This document shows positions 18,055-24,000 of a stretch of 24,000 nt of DNA, one piece after another. The position numbers and the translations under genes were made by a program. The stretch is from Klebsiella sp. BIGb0407 (lineage in GTDB: Bacteria; Pseudomonadota; Gammaproteobacteria; Enterobacterales; Enterobacteriaceae). The notes beneath the pieces are model-generated. The model did not search any database. It was not told the DNA's origin and saw nothing but the letters and a program-made list of their open reading frames with translations. The DNA lies in assembly GCF_024807845.1 (NCBI RefSeq), contig NZ_JANUEQ010000001.1:962900-986899 (forward strand), in the 5' to 3' direction. Within the stretch, counting starts at the first letter, position 1; every line of letters begins with the position of its first letter.

Positions 18055-18366
18055 TTATGCAACATCGCGTTTTTTGCGGCTGGCATGTTCACTGATATTT
18101 TCTACTGCCGCTGTTTCACTGTCTGATGGCTGGGGTAATTTGCCGTTTTTCAGAATAGTAGTGAGGTTGTCTTTATTTTCAGCCATCCACATACCCAGTT
18201 GCTCACGGGCTTCATCTTCAATTACCGTGGTACTGGTCTGTAGCCAGTCAGTTAACGCATCGGCCAGGTCCAGCATTTTGTCGTAAGCATCGGCATCTTT
18301 TTTACTGGTAAAGGCCATTTTTTCCTGCCCCTCTCTCACAACAATATATTTAATCTCAACGGCCAT
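18055..18366 (-). CDS. yebG: DNA damage-inducible protein YebG
   Basis: 103-aa ORF. The N-terminus MAVEIKYIVVREGQEKMAFTSKKDADAYDKMLD matches E. coli YebG (MAVEVKYVVIREGEEKMSFTSKKEADAYDKMLD). A LexA box lies upstream. Confidence 0.94.
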   Translation of the reverse strand: MAVEIKYIVVREGQEKMAFTSKKDADAYDKMLDLADALTDWLQTSTTVIEDEAREQLGMWMAENKDNLTTILKNGKLPQPSDSETAAVENISEHASRKKRDVA

Positions 18367-18384
18367 TTTGCGGCTCCCGTTAAA

Positions 18385-18427
18385 CTGTTTATTTATACAG
18401 TATATTGAAAAAACATGCCCCTGACAA
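18385..18427 (-). promoter_or_regulatory. yebG promoter with overlapping LexA (SOS) box
   Basis: CTGTTTATTTATACAG at 18385-18400 fits CTG-N10-CAG with an AT-rich core. On the minus strand it overlaps the -10 TATACT (18404-18399). The -35 TTGTCA (18427-18422) lies exactly 17 bp away. Confidence 0.8.
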
Positions 18428-18442
18428 GGCTATTTTATTTCA

Positions 18443-18458
18443 ACGCAAACGTTTTCGT
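18443..18458 (+). promoter_or_regulatory. PurR operator in the purT promoter
   Basis: ACGCAAACGTTTTCGT matches the PurR box consensus (ACGCAAACGTTTTCNT). It lies immediately upstream of a -10 TATACT (18460-18465), about 40 bp before the purT ATG. Confidence 0.8.
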
Positions 18459-18499
18459 TTATACTGCGGCGATCTTTTTATTCATTAAGGCCTACCGCT

Positions 18500-19681
18500 A
18501 TGTCAAATTTAGGAACTGCCCTGCGTCCAGCCGCTACACGAGTCATGCTGCTGGGTTCAGGTGAACTGGGTAAAGAAGTTGCTATCGAATGTCAACGTCT
18601 GGGCGTCGAAGTTATTGCTGTCGACCGCTATCCTGACGCACCCGCTATGCATGTCGCCCATCGCAGCCATGTGATTAATATGCTGGATGGCGCTGCACTC
18701 AAAGCCCTGGTGGCGCTCGAAAAGCCCCACTTTATTGTTCCTGAAATTGAAGCGATTGCTACCGATGCTCTGCTGGAACTGGAAGCTCAGGGGCAGCATG
18801 TTGTTCCTTGTGCCCGTGCAGCCAAACTGACCATGAACCGGGAAGGAATACGTCGTCTGGCCGCAGAGGAACTGAGTCTCCCGACTTCCAGTTACCAGTT
18901 TGCTGATTCCGAAGAAGCCTTTCGACAGGCTGTCAGTGAGATTGGCTATCCCTGCATTGTTAAACCTGTGATGAGTTCTTCAGGTAAAGGTCAGAGCATG
19001 ATCCGTACCCCAGAACAGCTTTCACAGGCCTGGGCTTATGCTCAGCATGGTGGACGCGCAGGTCAGGGACGTGTGATTGTTGAAGGCGTCGTAAACTTTG
19101 ACTTTGAGATAACCCTGCTGACCATCAACGCAGTCGATGGCGTACATTTTTGCGCGCCTATCGGTCATCGTCAGGAAGACGGTGATTATCGTGAGTCATG
19201 GCAGCCGCAACAAATGAGCGATATAGCACTCAGTAAAGCCAAGGTTATCGCTGAGCAGGTGGTCACCGCTTTAGGGGGTTATGGCTTATTTGGTGTCGAG
19301 CTGTTCGTTTGTGGCGACGAGGTTATTTTCAGTGAAGTCTCCCCTCGCCCGCACGATACCGGCATGGTCACGCTTATCTCGCAGGACTTATCTGAATTTG
19401 CCCTGCATGTTCGCGCCTTTCTTGGATTACCTGTTGGTGATATTCGTCAGTATGGCCCTTCTGCCTCGGCGGTTCTCCTGCCACAGTTAGATAGCCACAA
19501 TGTGAAGTATTCTAATCTGGCGGCCGCGAACGGCAGCGGATTGCAGCTGCGTTTATTCGGCAAACCTGAAATCAGCGGTAAACGTCGGATGGGGGTGGTT
19601 CTGGCAACGGCATCGAATGTTGATGACGCAGTAGAAAAAGCGGTAAATGCTGCAGCACAGATTCAGGTTACAGCTGAGTAA
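18500..19681 (+). CDS. purT: Formate-dependent phosphoribosylglycinamide formyltransferase (GAR transformylase 2)
   Basis: 393-aa ATP-grasp [44 protein letters not shown] and ...[39 protein letters not shown] are near-identical to E. coli PurT. Confidence 0.97.
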   Translation: MSNLGTALRPAATRVMLLGSGELGKEVAIECQRLGVEVIAVDRYPDAPAMHVAHRSHVINMLDGAALKALVALEKPHFIVPEIEAIATDALLELEAQGQHVVPCARAAKLTMNREGIRRLAAEELSLPTSSYQFADSEEAFRQAVSEIGYPCIVKPVMSSSGKGQSMIRTPEQLSQAWAYAQHGGRAGQGRVIVEGVVNFDFEITLLTINAVDGVHFCAPIGHRQEDGDYRESWQPQQMSDIALSKAKVIAEQVVTALGGYGLFGVELFVCGDEVIFSEVSPRPHDTGMVTLISQDLSEFALHVRAFLGLPVGDIRQYGPSASAVLLPQLDSHNVKYSNLAAANGSGLQLRLFGKPEISGKRRMGVVLATASNVDDAVEKAVNAAAQIQVTAE

Positions 19682-19691
19682 GCCTGTCAAT

Positions 19692-19761
19692 ACAGGTGCT
19701 TAGGATTTTATCCCTGGCACCTGTCAATCAAGGCCTCATTCCACCATTAGTGTAATGAGGC
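19692..19761. terminator. Two stem-loops between convergent purT and eda
   Basis: ACAGGTGC (19692-19699) pairs with GCACCTGT (19717-19724), and GCCTCATT (19733-19740) pairs with AATGAGGC (19754-19761). Both stems are 8 bp and perfect, but neither has a strong U-run, so terminator strength is uncertain. Confidence 0.4.
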
Positions 19762-19769
19762 TCCTGCTA

Positions 19770-20411
19770 TTACGCAGTTGCGCCTTCTACGGCTTCGCGC
19801 GCTAACTGAGTAATACGGTCGTAATCACCGGCTTCCAGCGCATCTTGCGGCACCAGCCAGGAACCGCCGATACACAGCACGCTTTTCAGTGCCAGGTAAT
19901 CGCGATAGTTAGCCAGAGAGATACCACCGGTTGGGCAGAAACGAACCTGAGAGAAAGGACCTGCAATAGCTTGCAGTGCTTTCGTGCCGCCGTTGGCTTC
20001 TGCCGGGAAGAATTTAAACTCTTTCAGTCCATGGGACATACCCAGCATCAATTCTGATACGGTGCTGATCCCAGGGATCAACGGAATAGTGCCTTCCGTT
20101 GCCGCTTTCAGTAAAGCATCAGTGAGGCCCGGGCTAATCGCAAACTGTGCACCAGCGGCGGTAACTTCGGCTAGCTGCTGTGGATTAATCACGGTACCTG
20201 CCCCGACGATAGCTTCAGGGACTTCTTTCGCAATGGCACGAATCGCATCCAGCGCACAAGGGGTGCGTAAGGTCACTTCCAGCACACGAACGCCGCCTGC
20301 AACCAGCGCCTTTGCCATCGGAACGGCATGTTCCAGTTTATTAACTACGATGACCGGGACAACGGGTCCTGTTGTCAGGATCTGTTCCGCAGTGGCTTGC
20401 CAGTTTTTCAT
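19770..20411 (-). CDS. eda: KDPG / KHG aldolase Eda
   Basis: From ATG 20411 (AGAGG SD) the product is 213 aa, [49 protein letters not shown].... This is near-identical to E. coli Eda (213 aa, [23 protein letters not shown]...). The ORF-track start at 20432 adds 7 aa and is probably wrong. Confidence 0.96.
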   Translation of the reverse strand: MKNWQATAEQILTTGPVVPVIVVNKLEHAVPMAKALVAGGVRVLEVTLRTPCALDAIRAIAKEVPEAIVGAGTVINPQQLAEVTAAGAQFAISPGLTDALLKAATEGTIPLIPGISTVSELMLGMSHGLKEFKFFPAEANGGTKALQAIAGPFSQVRFCPTGGISLANYRDYLALKSVLCIGGSWLVPQDALEAGDYDRITQLAREAVEGATA

Positions 20412-20561
20412 CTGAATACCTCTTTTACCCACGTTAAAATCAGTGAACCGGTATAATCGCCAGAGCTGTGAAGAACCGTTTTTTTGTGAGATTCACAGTC
20501 AAAAAACTAAACCGGTGAAAAATTTTCGCTAACAATCAAAAACATCAGCAATAAATATAAA

Positions 20562-20582
20562 AAATGAAATAACGGTTCAATA
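20562..20582. promoter_or_regulatory. KdgR-like operator candidate upstream of eda
   Basis: AAATGAAATAACGGTTCAATA compared with the KdgR consensus AAATGAAACANTGTTTCATTT. The left half-site is nearly perfect and the right half is degenerate; I count about 15/20 matches. Lies about 150 bp upstream of the eda ATG. E. coli eda has a KdgR-controlled promoter. Confidence 0.3.
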
Positions 20583-20724
20583 ATACATTAAGTTCATCCA
20601 TAAGTTTATGGAATTCTCACTCAAAGAGGATTTTTTTGGCCTGAAGGGTGCCGGTGAGTCGGAATGAAGGTAACCCACCTTCTGCTCCTCAGGATTTGCA
20701 ATTATCAAGGTAGCCACAACCCGA

Positions 20725-21204
20725 CTACAGGCCTTCACTCCCCCCATCAGCCTGCCGGGGACAATAAATACTGCCTTTGAATGTAGGATTAACAGAATCA
20801 ATCAGCCATTTACCCTGGGTTTTTACTAAACCAACAGCATACAGAGACGTATTTTTTCCATAACCTAACTTTAAATTCACCAGTGCTATATGGTCATTGA
20901 TAGCATCCGTTTTTGTATCGATATTGTTTTTCCATTCCGTACAGATATCCTGAGCATCAAGAAAAAAATCAGCATCTGAATCATTATTATCTCGCACTGC
21001 TCTAAGATGCTCGGTGGTGTATTTAGCAACGACTTTAAGTGAAAAGTTATTTGCAGACTCCATGTCATACATCTCTCCTGCGACCAAATAATCATGGTAG
21101 AACATACTTACAACTTCCTCTGGTGATAAAGTTCTCTCATTTGAGGCTAGCGTAATATAAGGTACACAAAGTAAATAACAGGCAAGAAACATTCCTTTCA
21201 ACAT
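20725..21204 (-). CDS. Secreted/periplasmic hypothetical protein, DUF3828-like
   Basis: 159-aa ORF with a strong SD (GAAGGAG) and a signal peptide (MLKGMFLACYLLCVPYITLA|SNE). Motifs FYHDYL and DADFFLDAQD resemble my memory of the DUF3828 family. AT-rich codon usage differs from the flanking genes. Confidence 0.6.
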   Translation of the reverse strand: MLKGMFLACYLLCVPYITLASNERTLSPEEVVSMFYHDYLVAGEMYDMESANNFSLKVVAKYTTEHLRAVRDNNDSDADFFLDAQDICTEWKNNIDTKTDAINDHIALVNLKLGYGKNTSLYAVGLVKTQGKWLIDSVNPTFKGSIYCPRQADGGSEGL

Positions 21205-21316
21205 AAAACTCCTTCAAAAAACTTAGTTTCAATATTTTGTTCTAATCAAATAGTAAAAAATCAACGCCTTTACAGATTCAATTAACCATAATTAAATTTT
21301 TATTGTATTAGATACA

Positions 21317-21508
21317 ATGAGCACGATAACAACACAATCGGCTGACTCTATGGAGTATTTTCCATCTACTGCTGAGGCCTTCAAGCATGCTACCGCCCAT
21401 CGCCATAAGCCGAGGTACATAAAGTCAAATATTTTCTTTGCTAAGTCGCCGCAGCCCGTCATTTCAAATTTTAAAAAAATCGTTCAAGCTCTGATTGTGG
21501 AAGTCTAG
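21317..21508 (+). CDS. Orphan 63-aa ORF (doubtful; possible gene fragment)
   Basis: ORF only. No SD before the ATG, no recognisable domain, and it is embedded in AT-rich DNA. Confidence 0.15.
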   Translation: MSTITTQSADSMEYFPSTAEAFKHATAHRHKPRYIKSNIFFAKSPQPVISNFKKIVQALIVEV

Positions 21509-21821
21509 AAATAATACCGGGGGGAAAGGAAATTTAAAAATGTAACATAGTTATACTGAAAGAATTAAAACCAACAAAAACATAAAACTGATTAATAAGA
21601 TATTACCCACAATAAATAATATATCCCTTAAATACTAAAGACATATACATTGCTAGCAATAATATTATATCTAAAATGATAAATAATGCAGGTGATAACA
21701 TGAAAATACTGAATTTTATTTTTATTAAAAAATGACGCCATGCATGATTGAAATGAAAGAGTTATCTGAACGAAATAACTAAGAGGGTTTTGTTAGCGCC
21801 AGTAAAATAGGACGATAGCTG

Positions 21822-21854
21822 TAAAAATACCCGACAACACATGTGCTGTCGGGT
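21822..21854 (-). terminator. Rho-independent terminator of zwf
   Basis: ACCCGACA (21829-21836) pairs with TGTCGGGT (21847-21854) in an 8-bp stem with a 10-nt loop. On the minus strand it is followed by ATTTTTAC. It starts 13 nt after the zwf stop. Confidence 0.7.
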
Positions 21855-21866
21855 CATGATCAAAGG

Positions 21867-23342
21867 TTACTCAAATTCATTCCACGAGTGACCATCACGA
21901 GTAATCATCGCCACAGAGGCAACTGGCCCCCAGGTTCCTGACTGATACGGTTTAACACCGTCACTTTCGTTTTCCCAGGCTTCAGTAATAGAGTCAACCC
22001 ATTTCCAGGCTTCTTCCACTTCGTCACGGCGTACAAACAGCGCCTGAATTCCACGCATGGTTTCAAGCAGCAGACGTTCGTACGCATCCGCAAGATGCGT
22101 CTGGTTAAAGGTTTCTGAATAGCTTAAATCAAGCTTGGTGGTCTGGAGATTATGTTTATGCTCAAGTCCAGGTACCTTGTTCAGAACCTGGATATCAACC
22201 CCTTCATCCGGCTGCAGACGAATAGTCAGTTTGTTCTTCGGCAGTTCCTGCCAGGTATCTTTGAACAGGTTCAGCGCAGGGTTTTTGAAATACACCACCA
22301 CTTCAGAGCATTTGGTTGGCAGACGCTTACCGGTACGCAGGTAGAAAGGCACGCCGGCCCAGCGCCAGTTGTCAATATCAACCCGGATAGAAACGAATGT
22401 TTCCGTAGAGCTGGTTTTGTTCGCGCCTTCTTCTTCCAGATAACCTGGAACTTTTTTGCCCTGAGCAAAACCGGCAGTGTACTGACCACGCACGGTTTTC
22501 TCACGTACGTTGGTGCGATCAATACGGCGCAGAGCCTGCAGCACTTTTACTTTTTCGTCACGGATACTGTCAGCGCTAAGATTGGAAGGAGGAGACATCG
22601 CAATCATACAAAGGATTTGCAGCAGATGGTTTTGGATCATGTCGCGCATCTGGCCCGCTTTATCAAAGTAGCCCCAGCGCCCTTCAATTCCCACTTCCTC
22701 AGCTACCGTAATTTCGACATGATCGATTGTACGGTTATCCCAGTTATTGACGAACAAGGCATTAGCAAAACGCAGTGCCAGCAGGTTCAGTACCGTCTCT
22801 TTACCCAAATAATGGTCGATACGATATACCTGGCACTCTTCAAAGAACTCACCAACCTGGTCATTAATTTCCTGAGAGGTTTCCAGCGAGGTTCCTAGCG
22901 GTTTTTCCATTACGACACGTGCTGGTTTAGCATTCAGTTTCGCTTTGCCCAGACCGCGACAAATAGCACCAAAAGTACTCGGTGGCATCGCGAAATAGTT
23001 AATGGTCACACGATGAGTCTGATCCAGCATCTTACCCAGTTTGCTAAAGCTTGCGGTATCTTCAACATCAAGGTTACAGAAGTCCAGGCGCGCGCTGAGT
23101 TTTTGCCACAGAGTCTCATCAATAGACTCTTTCATAAAGGTTTCAAGCGCTTCGCGTACCACCAGGGTGTATGCCGCTTTATCCCAGTCAGCACGACCAA
23201 CACCCAGAATACGGGTATCAGGGTGGACTTGGCCTGCCTTTTCTAACTGATAAAGCGATGGCAACAGTTTACGACGTGCCAGGTCGCCTTTTGCGCCAAA
23301 AATGACCAGGTCACACGCCTGGGCTGTTTGCGTTACCGCCAT
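21867..23342 (-). CDS. zwf: Glucose-6-phosphate 1-dehydrogenase
   Basis: 491-aa ORF, the same length as E. coli Zwf. Matching segments include [37 protein letters not shown], the RIDHYLGKE active-site motif, and C-terminus ...[20 protein letters not shown]. Confidence 0.97.
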   Translation of the reverse strand: MAVTQTAQACDLVIFGAKGDLARRKLLPSLYQLEKAGQVHPDTRILGVGRADWDKAAYTLVVREALETFMKESIDETLWQKLSARLDFCNLDVEDTASFSKLGKMLDQTHRVTINYFAMPPSTFGAICRGLGKAKLNAKPARVVMEKPLGTSLETSQEINDQVGEFFEECQVYRIDHYLGKETVLNLLALRFANALFVNNWDNRTIDHVEITVAEEVGIEGRWGYFDKAGQMRDMIQNHLLQILCMIAMSPPSNLSADSIRDEKVKVLQALRRIDRTNVREKTVRGQYTAGFAQGKKVPGYLEEEGANKTSSTETFVSIRVDIDNWRWAGVPFYLRTGKRLPTKCSEVVVYFKNPALNLFKDTWQELPKNKLTIRLQPDEGVDIQVLNKVPGLEHKHNLQTTKLDLSYSETFNQTHLADAYERLLLETMRGIQALFVRRDEVEEAWKWVDSITEAWENESDGVKPYQSGTWGPVASVAMITRDGHSWNEFE

Positions 23343-23417
23343 GTCTATCTCCTCGTGTCCGATATTCCGGTTAGTGCTTAAAACCCCTGATTGGGGGAGT
23401 GTTAACCGGAGCTCTCA

Positions 23418-23432
23418 TGTAATTTAATTACA
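23418..23432. promoter_or_regulatory. HexR operator in the zwf promoter region
   Basis: TGTAATTTAATTACA is a perfect 15-bp palindrome matching the enterobacterial HexR motif TGTAATwwwATTACA. It lies 76-90 bp upstream of the zwf ATG, in the zwf-hexR divergent region. Confidence 0.8.
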
Positions 23433-23839
23433 TGCAATGTACTTCTTTTGCTAATTTGTCGTAAACCTTTAAGCCTGATTTGCGCATTTTATTCTGCATT
23501 TTTCGACAAACGGGGTGCTGTGACGCAATATTAACGATGATTTCTGAACGATTTTTGTCATTATAGACGTTAGGGGTTTATCATAGGCTCTAAATAATTC
23601 GTGTAACTTGCCGACACTAAGTTAGTAGGCGGAGAAAAAATGCGGTTATTCAGCAAGCTTCATACTTGCCATGGAACAAAGCACCAGAAGTATGATGGCG
23701 ATTACAGGAAATGAAAATTAACCAGGAAATCTCACCTTAATGTGGATATCTTCAATTTTCGCTGGCCTGTATTTTGATTGAACCAGACGGCGATTTCTCC
23801 TTTTTCTGAAATCACTGAAACCGATGGATATCTGACTTT

Positions 23840-24000
23840 ATGAATATACTGGATAAAATTCAGTCCCAACTGACGTTACTGAGTAAGTCTGAACGTAAAG
23901 TTGCCGAAGTCATCCTCGCTGAGCCACAAGAAACGATGCACTCCAGTATCGCCATACTCGCTCGCCGTGCTGATGTCAGCGAACCCACCGTCAACCGATT
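23840..24000 (+). CDS. hexR: HexR (YebK) RpiR-family transcriptional regulator, N-terminal part (runs off the window)
   Basis: My manual translation from ATG 23840 is [53 protein letters not shown]. It matches E. coli HexR ([29 protein letters not shown]...HSSIA...VSEPTVNRF). Divergent from zwf as in E. coli. Confidence 0.9.
   Translation, partial: MNILDKIQSQLTLLSKSERKVAEVILAEPQETMHSSIAILARRADVSEPTVNR

Noticed and set aside
20412-20432. ORF-track start of eda at 20432 (MGKRGIQ...)
   Set aside because: E. coli Eda starts MKNW.... ATG 20411 is preceded by an AGAGG SD that would lie inside the extended version.
20467-20499. TGTGA / TCACA half-sites upstream of eda (CTGTGA...TGTGAGATTCACAG), looking like a CRP site
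   Set aside because: The spacing between the inverted TGTGA and TCACA is 3 nt (or 21 nt for the outer pair), not the 6 nt that CRP requires. I know of no regulator that fits.
21603-21701. 32-codon hydrophobic minus-strand ORF (MLSPALFIILDIILLLAMYMSLVFKGYIIYCG) resembling a type I toxin peptide
   Set aside because: There is no SD, and no recognisable antitoxin sRNA or structured 5' UTR. In DNA that is only about 25% G+C, codons for Ile, Leu, Phe and Tyr arise by composition alone. It is worth a look only if ribosome profiling shows initiation.
20625-21800. Imperfect direct repeat AAGAGGATTTTTTTGGCC (about 20625) and AAGAGGGTTTTGTTAGCGCC (about 21780) flanking the AT-rich cassette, possibly att-like
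   Set aside because: Only 12 of 14 positions match, followed by a gapped tail. My rough estimate is that the chance probability is not negligible (about 0.1) given that I searched both boundaries. No integrase is present.
22152-22898. 248-aa plus-strand ORF, plus several shorter ones, lying entirely inside zwf on the opposite strand
   Set aside because: zwf is unambiguous and full length. Long antisense ORFs are a common by-product of codon bias in highly expressed genes. There is no SD, and the translated sequence is low-complexity and unfamiliar.
1-24000. Window-wide look for CRISPR arrays, tRNA/rRNA genes, IS elements, integrases, phage genes, toxin-antitoxin pairs and known defence-system signatures
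   Set aside because: I found none. There are no regularly spaced repeats, no cloverleaf-like segments, no transposase- or recombinase-like ORFs, and no ATPase/nuclease/helicase clusters. All large ORFs are accounted for by core metabolic, envelope or transport genes.

Overview
This window is an Enterobacterales chromosomal segment. It is collinear with the E. coli K-12 region htpX-prc-proQ-msrC(yebR)-letA(yebS)-letB(yebT)-rsmF(yebU)-yebW ... sdsR-yebY-yebZ-yobA-holE-exoX-yebG-purT-eda-zwf-hexR. I identified genes by comparing the supplied translations with E. coli proteins recalled from memory, and by synteny. No database search was run. Most of the window is ordinary core genome with recognisable regulatory sites: a sigma-32-type htpX promoter, a LexA box at yebG, a PurR box at purT, and a HexR palindrome at zwf.

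Three stretches depart from the E. coli layout:
1. 10.4-14.1 kb: a GNAT acetyltransferase, an MFS transporter and a SulP/STAS anion transporter sit where E. coli has yebV/pphA.
2. 14.1-15.1 kb: an ORF-poor, AT-rich tract carries a clear SdsR (RyeB) sRNA homolog, a 31-aa YoaK-like membrane peptide missing from the ORF track, and a 75-aa two-TM orphan.
3. 20.4-21.9 kb: edd is absent between eda and zwf. In its place is about 1.45 kb of AT-rich DNA encoding a signal-peptide DUF3828-like protein and little else.

yobB, ptrB, yebE and yebF are also absent between holE/exoX and yebG. I see no CRISPR array, tRNA/rRNA gene, transposase, integrase, or recognisable multi-gene defence or toxin system. 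The most interesting items are the edd replacement cassette, the small-protein/sRNA cluster around sdsR, and the MFS-GNAT pair. All functional interpretations of these are inference.
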